Part shown: positions 12,626 to 24,301 of the stretch, in pieces | Position numbering within the stretch: the stretch's first letter is position 1 | Layout of the letters: each line of letters opens with the position of its first letter | DNA from: Guillardia theta CCMP2712 | Lineage: Eukaryota; Protista; Cryptophyta | Length of the DNA stretch: 64,000 nt | Reading direction: 5' to 3' | Assembly: GCF_000315625.1 (NCBI RefSeq) | Contig: NW_005434655.1 | Coordinates: 552,528-616,527 of the forward strand | Notes under the pieces: model-generated | Told to the model about the DNA's origin: nothing | Databases searched by the model: none | What the model saw: only the letters and a program-made list of their open reading frames with translations | Position numbers and translations under genes: made by a program

Positions 12626-15500
12626 TCATGCATGAGCTCTGTTGATATTTCTATCGATGACTCGGAGGCTCCCGTTGGCTCCTAGATCCACAGCAGATGC
12701 CGAGAACCTTCTGGCATGGAACGCATTCTTGCTGGAGACTCTGCTGGTCTCGCTTCCTCCGTTCACCCTACCAACCGTCGCTCTCCTTTGGCTGCCATTC
12801 ACCTTCATGTCCACCTCTTGCGTCAGGAACTCGTCGAAGCTGTTCGCTCGCTTCAGGGCATCCACCAGCACCAAACCTGCTCAGCTCGCCTCACTCCGAC
12901 AGCCCCCGCAAGCTTGTCAACACACCTGGCATGACAGCTCGGGTCGCCGGTGGAGCAACGGCCCCGTACTTACCAACATGATGATACCGACTTGACCCAT
13001 CGGCCATTGACACTGTGACTCGCTCCCTCTCATCTCTCCCGTCTCCTGCATGCTCCTTCTTGTCCTTGGGGCGGCTCTTCGATGCCTGCATCGACCCGTT
13101 CATCCCTCCCAGCAAGTAGTCGAGCACTTGGTTGGGGTCGTCGCCCTGTAGGACAAGTGAGGACAGCAGCCAAGAGTCCACGAGAGGAGGAGGACGTGGA
13201 GGATGGAGACAAACTGATGCAGGAGCTTACTCTCAGGTATTTCATCGATGGGACGCGCTTGACTCTCTGCACCTTGCCGTTGCTGCCCCCTTGCTTCTGA
13301 CCTTCACTTGTCGACTCGTCTGCATCAAATCCCCATCAACTCTCACATCCGCAGGACTTCCTCTCCTCACCTGAGCCTCCAGCTGGTCTCTCGAGCGAAG
13401 AGAGCCGGCAGATCATCGTCTTGATGTCGTTCACTGAGTGCTCGAGACGGTCCAGGCGAGTCTGCGTGTCCTCCATGTGCTCGCCGACCCGCATGAACTC
13501 TTCCCGAGAGATCTTCCCGTCCCCGTCCACGTCCATCTTGTCGAGCACGTAGTTCATCTTGAATTCAGGGATTCCCAATTCCGAGAGCGCAATCCTCGCT
13601 TCGTCGAGGTCCAGCACTCCGTCTCGGTTCACGTCTTGGGCATAGAACACTTCTGAGAGCATGGCAGTTCCTTTCGACGAGAAGCCCCAGGAGTTGATGA
13701 TTCTTGCGCTGTTCTCAGCAATGAGCTCCAGTCGCTTCAGCGTCAGCATAATCGCCAGCGTCTCGTAGCTCTGAGTCTCATGCATCGCGTTGGCCAGCAC
13801 TCTCTGGGAGTATCGCTTCAGTTCCTCTCGCATGATCTCTTGGAACTGATCGCTGCCAAACTCCTTCTGCGTGTTGCACAGCCTGCCATTCTCCGTCAGG
13901 ACCTCGAAGTCTTCCTCGAGGATGTGAATCGGCGAAGATGTCGGCAGCTTCTTGAGCCCTTTCTGAAACTCCTCGTAGTTGAGGCCTCCCGACCCGTCCG
14001 AGTCAAGTCGCTCGTACGTCTCGCTGATCCTCGACGTCAGGTCCTTCTCCGACACGAAGTGAGACAAGTGAGCTGTGAGCGGATCTAAAACTCCGCACGC
14101 CCTCCTTGCCTTCTTCTTCCTGTCCTCCTCCTCCGCCTTTTCCGTCTGGATGGCTTCTTTTCCTGCTTGGAGCGAGGAGATGAACTCATCCAGCAGAACC
14201 GCCACCACCACGTTGATCAAGAAGACGCCAGCCAGCAGAGCGTAGGAAACAAAGAAAGTCGCCACCCACATATCTCGGCTCGTTGTAACAGTCCCATCAT
14301 CAAGCAGCGAACGCGAGACTGCAGAAGCCCAGCTGTAAGAGAAAGTCAGCAAGAGGTTGTTGAGGGCGAGGGCAAAGGAGCAGCCAGTACCTGTCCCCTG
14401 TCATCACTTGAATCATCTGCCACACGTGATTCAATCATCAAACATTCCATTCCCAAGCACGCCATAGAGCGACGTACCGTGAAGAGAGAGGAGGTAAAGT
14501 TGCCGAAGTACTCAGGGCTCCTTTCGTGGAAGAGGTGAGTGCCAAGAGCAGACCAGATGGAAGTCACGAGGAGCAGGATGGCCATGCTGTTTGCAACAGG
14601 AATCAGCGCAGAGATCAGCGCTGTGATGATGCGGTTCAAGGAACGAAACTTGCGAAACAAGCGAGCCACGCGGAAGACTCGTATGAGTCGAAGAGGTTGC
14701 AGTGAGGGAAGTCCAGGGGCGAACACGACGGTCAGAGAGACTGTCACAATCACAAGATCTAGAATGTTCCATGCATCCTGGTAGAAAGCTTTGAAGAAGT
14801 GGGCTGACCGTGAAAACAAGTTGACGGCAAGCTCGAAAGTGAAAATGCTGGTGAAGACAATGTCCAACAAGTCGAACATCGCAGCAGCACTCGTGCCATC
14901 GGCAGGCAGCACTTGCGCCTCCCACACGTCAATTGCAAAGCAGGCAATGAGAACTGTGGCAAAGAAGGTCTGGCTATGCATGGACTCATAGAGCCTCAAG
15001 ACTTTTGCTCTGAAACGAGACAGCTGGCTGCCGGCGTACTCGATTTCTCTTCTTGCTTTCTCTTGTACGATCTTTGCAGCCTGACACTGCTTCTGAAGAT
15101 CGTTGAGCCACATGTCAAATTCTTCTGGATCTGGACGGCAAACGTAGGTTCTTCCGCTGTTGTGACCATCCTTGGTGGTCTGGATGATGAGCGCTTTTTT
15201 CACCGTGTCGTCCCCCTTCTCCAGCGTCGACTCCGTCAGGATATCAGCGATCTCGTGCAGAGGGATCTCATCAGATACGATCTTCGAGTCCTGCTTTGCG
15301 AAAAAGAGCGTGTCCGCTGTCAGCACCGCCTTCACCTTGTGCCAGGTGATCGTCGATGACACTCGCTTCCTATCGAGAAACCCGAACCGCAGAAGACCAT
15401 CTACCGGGAGCTCGAGCCCGCTCTTCTCTTGTACTGGCGCAGAATATAGATCCGGCTGATTCGACTTGTGCAAGCTCTGAAGGATGATGGCAGCGGCCAT
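12626..15500 (-). CDS. single-domain (6TM) voltage-gated cation channel with N-terminal PH domain and C-terminal EF-hands (BacNav/EukCat-like)
   Basis: PH-like region (FGFLDRKR...WHKVKAVLTADTLFF...MWLNDLQ). S4 LQPLRLIRVFRVARLFRKFRSL. Spliced pore FTSSLFT|MIQVMTGDS|WASAVSR. S6 FLINVVVAVLLDEF. EF loops DSDGSGGLNYEE, DVNRDGVLDLDE, DVDGDGKISREE. Confidence 0.88.
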
Positions 15501-15919
15501 GGCAGTAGCCCTGCAAGACGAAATCAGCACTCATCCAAAGAATTCCAACATCAAGTGTCTTCAAGAGCTCTCATGAATCCTACATCTAGTGTAAGGAGGC
15601 TTCAACTCATTGATTCAATACTTTGCATGTTTGATTTTGCTATGCACAATCGTTCTTGCATGTTCGATGATTGATCTATCTCTGACTACCACCAGAAGCC
15701 GATGGATCAACCCGACGACAATGATTCTGAACACCTTCACGTCGAAGTCATCGAGGGCGACCCTCGACTCTCAAGGCTATCTATCATCTTCTTCTCGCAT
15801 CCTCTTCCTTGATCATAACATCGCGCCATGCTTCCAACTCCTCGTCGTCACTGCCATGGCTCCTCCTCTTCCCTAGTGTCACTGCCATGATGTCGCCTGC
15901 AGTGTCAGACGAGGCGGTA

Positions 15920-16420
15920 GACCCGGTGACTACCCCCATTGACAAAATCGTATTGCCCCGACCCTGGAAAGGGGGGTGGTCGACCCTAATAGTAAACTTC
16001 CGAGTCCCGGCCTGAGTCCGTCTGACCTCCCACCCCTACCTCCCCTCTCACCGCTGACCACCCTGACCCACCCACTTTACAAATTGGATGGGGGTAGGAC
16101 ATTGACCCTCGGACTCGGACGGCACCCGATCAATGACAGTGACCACCCCCACCCTCTTTATCCATGCATGGAAGTACCCCTCTCCCTGATGTGGAAGTTG
16201 ACAAAATACTTAACTACCGTACTAACCTCCAGTACTACCCCTCCCCCCCGCCCCCCCCCTTCCCTCGCTGAGGTGTCACTACAGGCCCAGTCATACGGTC
16301 ATCAAATTGACTAATTTGTCATGAGGCGGGCGTGCCAGTACGTTTTTACCCAGTCAGTTCCGGGCACTCCCCGGGCGGCCCGGCCCCCATCATCGCAGTT
16401 CAAACCTGCCAGTGCGCGGA
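15920..16420. promoter_or_regulatory. intergenic module: TACCCC tract + short CCGG island upstream of the channel gene
   Basis: C-skewed tract with TACCCC/CACCCC words followed by ccgggcactccccgggcggcccggccccc. It ends next to the inverted-duplication breakpoint. Confidence 0.5.
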
Positions 16421-16442
16421 AGATCGGATGATCGGATGTCTC

Positions 16443-17085
16443 GTTGACAGGGTAGGGCGATGGGGAAAGAAGACTCGGAGGTCTTGCAAAGCTCCAGGCT
16501 ATTGAAGTCAGCCATCATGCATAGAACCTCCCTTGCCATGCTAGCGAGCGGCAGGACGCAGGCTGACAAGGTGGAGCGACGCATCGCTGCTCTGACTTTG
16601 AGCCACCCGTCGGCACACAACCCCGTGAGCCCGACCCTCCCACAGACTCGTCGGACGGGAGGGGCTGACAGGAGCATGGCAGGTATGCAGCGTTGCGTTT
16701 CGATCGAAGCTCGGCCTGGACGTGTATCACGGTAGAGGAGGTGAGCAGCCGTTGATGTCGCCCTCTGCCTGACGCTCATGGGGACCTGCAAGAGGCCGGA
16801 GACAACCAGCACACCGCAGAGGTGATGATGTCGTTTATTTCTCCTCTCTCGATCTCCTCTCCCTCTTCCTCTCTCCCTCTTTCCCTCCCTCCCTCACTCT
16901 CATCCTCTCTGTCTCCTACAGTACAAGACCGCCGAGTGGACGCGGCCGAGCTCAGCCATGCACTTGTCCAGGCCTCAGGTGGATGACGCGGCGTGACGCT
17001 GCCCGAGGGCCTGACGGGTGAGCAGAAGCAGGAGGCTCGAGCAGCCATCGAAGCAGCGCAGCTCGCCCTAGGCCATCCCATCTGA
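16443..17085 (+). pseudogene. 5'-truncated duplicate of the 3' exons of the 19114-22033 gene
   Basis: Matches 19114-19780 in reverse. It has no 5' exons and carries an 8-nt deletion (TGCTGACC) that removes an intron branch point. Confidence 0.8.
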
Positions 17086-17131
17086 CCCCTTGTCTGAGCC
17101 CCAGCTGTCGGACCCTGCATGTTCTCCTCCT

Positions 17132-17572
17132 CTACTTGAAGCAGATACACACCGACGGGGAGCAATCGTCTCCTGTGCAGTTGAGATACCAGCTCAACCA
17201 CCCTTGGTCGATGTCCGGCTGCTCGTCCGCCCGCATGCTGCTGCTGCCCACCAGCAGTCTGTGTCTGCTCTCCTGCTCTTCCGCGTCTGGGGCCGGGGAG
17301 CTTGTAGTCCCTTCCGCCTCTCCTCCCGCCCGGCCGGCCTTCTTGTACGGCCATCGCCTGACGCCGAGCCGTCGGCAGCTCGCCTTGAAGGTCGTGAGGC
17401 TGATGCCTACAGCCTTTGCTGCCTGCGGCTGCGGGAGATGAAACAACGACTCGAGCCGACGTCGGTCGAGATGCACGTCCGTAGCTCGATGCAAGGAGAA
17501 GCAGGTCCTGGGACGAGGGGCGATGGTGACTGCAGGGAGGGGAAGCGCGAGAGGAAGAGGAGGAGCCGCCAT
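17132..17572 (-). CDS. RWP-RK domain transcription factor, copy 1 (146 aa, intronless)
   Basis: LESLFHLPQPQAAKAVGISLTTFKASCRRLGVRRWPYKK is an RWP-RK domain. In-frame ATG in gccATGg context. Confidence 0.85.
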   Translation of the reverse strand: MAAPPLPLALPLPAVTIAPRPRTCFSLHRATDVHLDRRRLESLFHLPQPQAAKAVGISLTTFKASCRRLGVRRWPYKKAGRAGGEAEGTTSSPAPDAEEQESRHRLLVGSSSMRADEQPDIDQGWLSWYLNCTGDDCSPSVCICFK

Positions 17573-18626
17573 GGCGACACGCAACTGTGTAGGGCAGGGC
17601 CTTCGGAGCTTGTGGTGAGGTGTAGCAGCTGGCGGCGAGGAAGGAGGAAGGGGAGGGGAGGAGGAGGGAGGAAGGACAGCGGGATCATGGGTTGCTATTA
17701 GGAGGCAGCCAGGGAGAGCAGCTGCGGATGGCGGGGACGATGTTGTGGAAGGAGGGACGACGGATAGAAATGTGGAGGGAGGGGAATCCTTTCCTCCGAT
17801 TGGAGGAAAGTCCCTATACCCCACCCCGTAGGGTATACTGGTCTAGGGGGACAAATAAGGGTGGTAGACGAGAACTCTCCTCAAGGCATGATAGGTTTTC
17901 ATTCCCAAGGCTATATAAGTGGTTTATTATCCAGTGCTCACGGACCATCGCCACGACTCACGTGACCCCTCTAACTCGAGTAAAGCCACTGAAATCAGGT
18001 CTTTTGCCCTCATCATGGCATTGGAGCACGTCGCCCTAAAACACTTGTTACCAACAGCCTAGCCACATGGAGCCCACGTGTACGGAACAAGAGGAGTAGC
18101 AGTACCATTGTTGGAGTATCTGATCATGATGGGAGGAGAGAGTCACCTGACTTACTTAAAGTTATTGTTATAGGAAAGTACGAGTGGTACCCACTTGAAG
18201 AACTTTCTATGAGCTGCTTTACTCGAAGGTATGTCAGCAGTCACTCCCCAATACCACCACGGTAAAGTACGGTATACCCGTGACCCCCAAGTTCAGGGCC
18301 TGCCCCGTGATTTATTAGACCCGGAGGAGAGTTTTCGTCTACCACCCCTGCTTCCCTCAGAAAAACTTCTCATCCTCCGGGGTGGGGTGCATTTGGTGTT
18401 CCCCCACTCGGGGAAGGGTTCCCCCGCTGTTCTCCCTTGATCAGTCGCTCCTCCTCCTCTAACAACATCGTCCCCGCCCTCGACACATCAACAAACCCTC
18501 TTGAAATTATCTCTGCCCCTAATCTACCCTGCGCCCTCCTCCCTTCACCTTCCTCCTTCCAAGCCGCCAGCTGCTACACCTCACCACAAGCTCCGAAGGC
18601 CCTGCCCTACACACTTGCGTATCGCC

Positions 18627-19067
18627 ATGGCGGCTCCTCCTCCTCCTCTCGCGCCTCCCCTCCCTGCAGTCACCATCGCCCCTCGTCCCAGGACCTGCTT
18701 CTCCTTGCATCGAGCTACGGACGTGCATCTCGACCGACGTCGGCTCGAGTCGTTGTTTCATCTCCCGCAGCCGCAGGCAGCACAGGCTGTAGGCATCAGC
18801 CTCACGACCTTCAAGGCGAGCTGCCGACGGCTCGGCGTCAGGCGATGGCCGTACAAGAAGGCCGGCCGGCCGGGAGGAGAGGCGGAAGGGACTACAAGCT
18901 CCCCGGCCCCAGACGCGGAGGAGCAGGAGAGCAGACAACGACTGCTGGTGGGCAGCAGCAGCATGCGGGCGGACGAGCAGCCGGACATCGACCAAGGGTG
19001 GTTGAGCTGGTATCTCAACTGCACAGGAGACGATTGCTCCCCGTCGGTGTGTATCTGCTTCAAGTAG
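18627..19067 (+). CDS. RWP-RK domain transcription factor, copy 2 (146 aa)
   Basis: Near-identical paralog (…QAAQAVGISLTTFKASCRRLGVRRWPYKK). Confidence 0.85.
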   Translation: MAAPPPPLAPPLPAVTIAPRPRTCFSLHRATDVHLDRRRLESLFHLPQPQAAQAVGISLTTFKASCRRLGVRRWPYKKAGRPGGEAEGTTSSPAPDAEEQESRQRLLVGSSSMRADEQPDIDQGWLSWYLNCTGDDCSPSVCICFK

Positions 19068-19113
19068 AGGAGGAGAACATGCAGGGTCCGACAGCCAGGG
19101 CTCAGACAAGGGG

Positions 19114-22033
19114 TCAGATGGGATGGCCTAGGGCGAGCTGCGCTGCTTCGATGGCTGCTCGAGCCTCCTGCTTCTGCTCACCCGTCAGGCCCTCGGGCAG
19201 CGTCACGCCGCGTCATCCACCTGAGGCCTGGACAAGTGCATGGCTGAGCTCGGCCGCGTCCACTCGGCGGTCTTGTACTGTAGGAGACAGAGAGCATGAG
19301 AGTGAGGGAGAGAAGGAGGGAGGGAGGGAGGGAGGGAGGGAGAGAGGAAGAGGGAGAGGAGATCGAGAGAGGAGAAATAAACGACATCATCACCTCTGCG
19401 GTGTGCTGGTTGTCTCCGGCCTCTTGCAGGTCCCCATGAGCGTCAGGCAGAGGGCGACATCAACGGCTGCTCACCTCCTCTACCGTGATACACGTCCAGG
19501 CCGAGCTTCGATCGAAACGCAACGCTGCATACCTGCCATGCTCCTGTCAGCCCCTCCCGTCCGACGAGTCAGTGGGAGGGTCGGGCTCACGGGGTTGTGT
19601 GCCGACGGGTGGCTCAAAGTCAGAGCAGCGATGCGTCGCTCCACCTTGTCAGCCTGCGTCCTGCCGCTCGCTAGCATGGCAAGGGAGGTTCTATGCATGA
19701 TGGCTGACTTCAATAGCCTGGAGCTTTGCAAGGGTCAGCAACCTCGGAGTCTTCCTTCCCCATCGCCCTACCCTGTCAACTTTGTTCTTTCCTTCACTCT
19801 CAGCCGGCAGATCGTGTCCAGCGCATGAGCCTCGATGGTCCCGATGGCGGAGTAGCGATCCAATCGAGAGGTCAGCGTGCTTGAGAGCTTGTCTGGGGCA
19901 GGCTCAGCAGGCGAGCTGGGGGCTTGCAGGAGAGGGTCTGAAAGCTCCGAAGCCGTGTCTTGAAGGAGGTCTGAGGTGACGGGACGAGAGGTGGAGTTGT
20001 CTTTCTCCATGCAGAAGGTGCTGGCCTTGATGGCTTGTTGCATGTCTTGCTCAAGGGAGTCGTAGGAAAGAAGAAACTCATCCCCCTCTGCCGTCTTGTC
20101 GCTCAGCAGGCTGAGAGAGTTGGGGGGCATTCGAGCAGTCAGTAAGACCACGACTTGCGAGAACCACCACGACCCGTCTCTCGCCACCAAGAAGTCAATC
20201 ACGTATTTCTTGGGGAGAAGCTTAGGGTATTTCTGCTTGCTGTTTCCTTCCTTGTCTCTGCGAAAGGGAAATACGTGTAGAGCAAAGTCTATCAAGTCTC
20301 GAAACTTCGCCTTCTGTTCGCTCCATGCTGAAGTCTGTACTCGATGAACAGTGGTGGCTCTTCCACTCGCTCGCGTCCCCTTGAGATTGGAACTCTCGCA
20401 AAAGAAGCCGTTCAAGGGGGAGCTGGGCTTTGCTACCTCGTTTGTGTTTCGTATGATAAAGTGAGGGTTTTCATGCTCTTTCCCGCACTCGAGAACGAAG
20501 CGATTGATACCGGCGTGCGACCCTTGCGGTCGGATGTACATCTGCCATAGCGTGAAACCAGACCCCGAGCTGTCAAGAAGAGAAGTGCGGAGGGCCTCAT
20601 CGTTTAGCAGCGGGCGAACATCACAGCCATTGCTGGCACTGGTGGATCGGCGAACCACATACAAGGGTTCATTCTCCTGCGACGTTATCACCGTCAGGAG
20701 CAGACAGACAGCACATGCATGATGGCACGACCTTCAAGCGGTAGGGCTTCCTGACAGAGAGCTCTGCTATTCTCTTTCTCCGACGCCTGCTCAGCCATTC
20801 TGCTGCTGACTTCTTGTTGACGCTCGTGCGACAAACGAACCCATCCGAGTCCGTGTAGAACCCCCACAAGCGAATCCCTCCGACGTTGGACATGAGGATG
20901 GAGTCGGGGATGGGAAGCTGCAGACGAGGTTCTAGCCGATACCCTCCATCTGATCCCTGCCTGTTATTATCGACGTTACAGATGGTAAAACACTTCCAGA
21001 ATGCTGTTCCAGGCATCGGGCCCAACTTCTCTTGGTCTTCGGTGAAACGACCTTCACTGAAAACGATTGACTTCATCTCATTGCTCTTCTGATTCTCGTG
21101 TGAGTGACAGACCGCTTCATTGAGTTTCGCATATGCCGACAACTTCTTCTTCTTCTTTGCGGTGAAGGCTGTAAGAGAAGCTATGGTAGTGTCGAGTTGA
21201 GGACTAGGAGCAAATACGAGAGTCAAAAGAAGAGATAGCAAGCAGGTGATGACTTACGTTTGCTCATCGACGACTTTCTCAACGACTCTCTTTGAGTGAT
21301 GGTCCTTCATGTCGATCTGAATATCACCAATGAAATCTTCACTCGCCTTGGTGACTGTAGAGCTCAACATCGGCCGCTCCCACCGCTTGGCCTTGGATTC
21401 ATCGAGCGCAGAATCAAACGGTAGCATGGAGCCGTTTGTCATCACCATCCCCCCATCCTTTCTCTTGGTGGTCACATGCCGCGGGCTCTCCCTCTCTTCA
21501 GTTCCAAACCAGAGGCCCTGCTGCACCCAAGCACTGGGTCCACTCGTCTTGTACGTAGTGGCTTCCTTGGAGAGCTCGAGAGCTTTCTTGGCATCCCATT
21601 CTTTGATCTTTTCTTTCTCGACGTAGGGGATGGGAGGGTAGTTCTGATCCTTGACAATCATCTGAATCGCTCGCTCGAGCACGCGGAGTTGTTTATCGTC
21701 GTCATTACCCAAAGCTTCGGTCAGCTGTGCTTGCAGGCGTGCTAGATGCTGTTTGTCCATCCCCAAGATCTGAAGTTGATTGAGCAACTTTCCAAGCTTC
21801 ATGTTCTCCATGGAAGCTAATCTTGCCACGAGATTCCTGTCGTTCCCGTCCTCTTTGAACCTTGCTTCCCCAGATGCCGACTGGCCTCTCGGAGAGGTGG
21901 CAAGCGGACCTCGAGCACCTTCCTCAGCAGCCGCTGCCAGAAGTTTCGGAGGCAGTTGATTGCTGGACTGTTTGGACTGTTTGGAAGCCCCAAAGCCATC
22001 GGAGAGGTCAAGCTGTTTGGCGCTCTTAGACAT
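19114..22033 (-). CDS. large hypothetical protein, multi-exon
   Basis: Consecutive long ORFs 21254..22033, 20669..21241 and 19768..20691 joined by short GT-AG introns. Last exon KQEARAAIEAAQLALGHPI-TGA. No family recognised. Confidence 0.7.
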
Positions 22034-22384
22034 GGCCGAGCAAAGGTACTGTTGCAGCTGAGAGCTTGGGAGGAGGTCGAGCTAGTGGGCAACTTGACCG
22101 CTCAAGACCCTTCGCACGTGTCCATCCTCATCACAGCACACAATCAAGCGCCAGTCGCCGCCTCCATCAGCCTCAAGCAGCGACGCTTGCCGTATGTTTG
22201 CTGCTGCATTCAGTTGGGCCGCAAGCCTGGAGGGGTGGGTCCATGCAGGGAGTTTGACGGGTGGGACATCTTCGGGCCTACAACGGATTGGTACCTCCGG
22301 TCTACCAACATCCGCTCAATTAGACCCGATCGGCCGGGCCGCCGGGTAACCGGCCGGGCCACCGGAGACAAACGTAGTGATGCG

Positions 22385-24301
22385 ATGGCACCGAGGAGGT
22401 CCGTGAGACTATTTCGGATGGCGATGGCGGAGGAAGACGGGAAGATGGCGCTGGAGGAGATGCGGAGGAGGAGCTTCACAGCATGGTAAGAGAAGGAGAG
22501 AAGTGATAGAAAAACAAGTGCTGAGACCAAGTGAGGGAAAAAGATCCCATGAGGAAGAGAAACGCATGATGGGAGATTGAGCTTGTATTAGTTTCTGTGA
22601 TGGGATATCAGATCATGTTAAGTTAGTTTGACCTCGTTGAGACTTGTGTTTAACAAGATACCTCGGGTCAGTGACGAAACGAGACTGTAGGTGGTATCTT
22701 CTAGCAACTGCTTCTTCATGCTGTGGTATCGTACTGGGCATGATTTACGTGGATCTCGATCAAGTTCAACGTTCTAAAACGCGTATTTGGCTTTTTCTTG
22801 GTTCGATCTTTTTCAGTTTTACACAAATTGAACGATCATACCTGAACATGAATCCTTTTAATCAGGAAAGGACCTCTTGCAAATCCTCATCATCACAATG
22901 TCTGTGGTATCAATCTTTGCGCTGTTTGTCTACTACGAAGGCGAAGTGCGCAAAAAGAAGCTCAGGTAGTTGGCATCAAGTTATCATGTTGTTTTCCTGA
23001 GCGAGGATGGTCAGAGGGATGCACATCTCGAAGGATCTTGGATACTTCTCCAGGCTCTCTCGAGCAGGTAGAGCGGACGAGATGCATGCTGCCCATGTCT
23101 GATCCTTAGGATCAGGTCTCAGCAGTGCTTTCTACACAGAAATTTTCATACAGCTCATCATGCCATGGCCGATTCTGAACTCGGAGTTTCATATCTGGTC
23201 TCCGACATCTCAAAAGTATTTGAGGTATGGACTGCAAGCTCATCTGTGCGCTGTGTACAAGAAACAACGGTTCATGAGCATTGTAGGTACAACCTGAATG
23301 ACTTCATGGTCCTTGCGATGTTTGTGCGAATGTATATGATCGCATTTTGTTGGTTTTTGGACCATACTTTCATGTCCCCAACATGTCTTTTGCTGAGTAA
23401 AATCAGCAACGTGAAGGTCAGGCACAGCTCCACTTGATGTTCAAAACTGACAAAGAGCTTCAGATGAGCTTTGTGAATGTGCTCAAGTATCTTCTCTGCT
23501 ATGACTTGATGTTCCTCGTATACCTCTGGGTCGCTAGCATCATCTTTTTCTCTTTTTCTCTCTACATCCTGGATCGGAGTGATCAGAGCTTCGGAGCGCC
23601 GTCCTCGTTCTCACAGCATTTCAGCTTCGCTGTCCTTCAAATGACTCTTACAAGAACTGAGGCCTTACAGCTACAAACTGACATGGCTAGAGTCTTCTCC
23701 TACCTGATATCTGCTGTTGGTCTTGCCCTCCTTGTCTTGACAGTCAATGCTTTCCGAATCCTCCTCAAGCTGCAGCCCAATGACGCTCAGTTCCTCGAGT
23801 CGTTCGAGCTCGATCGTGCTGGGCAGCGGCTGAGAAAGTCTGCTACCCTTTTCATTGAAAGTTTCTACATGCGATCATCGCTCTACAAGTCTAACGGTCG
23901 AGTCATCACGAAAACGATCTCGACGGCTCCGGAGAGGAAAGTGACCTATCGGGTATCATCAACTTTGCCCACCTCTCCTGCTGCGCTGTTGACCCTGTGG
24001 TGACTTGCAGGACTTGTCCTGGGCGCAGGGTGAGGCACCAGCTGGGAATATTTTTGATGACAGCAACTTGATGAGGAGGATGCAGGAGTTCAGGTCCTGT
24101 AGAGACGAGGTACCGAGGCCCTTGGTGTATGTGCGGGAAGCTGAACCCTGTTGGCAGGTGGACCGGCGGAAGGATCAGATGAGGAAGAAAAGGATGATGG
24201 TAGCCTCGGCGTTGCTGTCGCGCTCAGAGAAACTTGGGGAGCATGTGGACACACTCCGACGGCGCATCACGAGATTGAGCAGGTCTCGTCATCATGGCTG
24301 A
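22385..24301 (+). CDS. SK/KCNN-like 6TM channel homolog with degenerate selectivity filter
   Basis: The TM pattern plus FVRMY (cf. FLRLY), S5-pore-S6 and a CaM-binding-like helix (LKLQPNDAQFLESF…QRLRKSATLFIESFY) align by eye to SK channels. The pore lacks GYG. Confidence 0.7.

Larger units (their letters stand above)
16443..19780. repeat. large inverted duplication (arms ~16443-17665 and ~18535-19780, ~0.85 kb spacer)
   Basis: The arms are near-identical reverse complements (gttgacagggtagggcgatgggga / tccccatcgccctaccctgtcaac at the outer ends). The ORF track shows mirrored ORFs. Confidence 0.97.

Noticed and set aside
15790-15890. 34-aa uORF / alternative start for the channel
   Set aside because: It cannot be spliced in frame with confidence, and there is no supporting evidence beyond the ATG context.
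18437-19828. 463-aa ORF
   Set aside because: Off-frame read through RWP-RK, microsatellite intron sequence and the antisense of the neighbouring gene. It is broken in the mirror arm.
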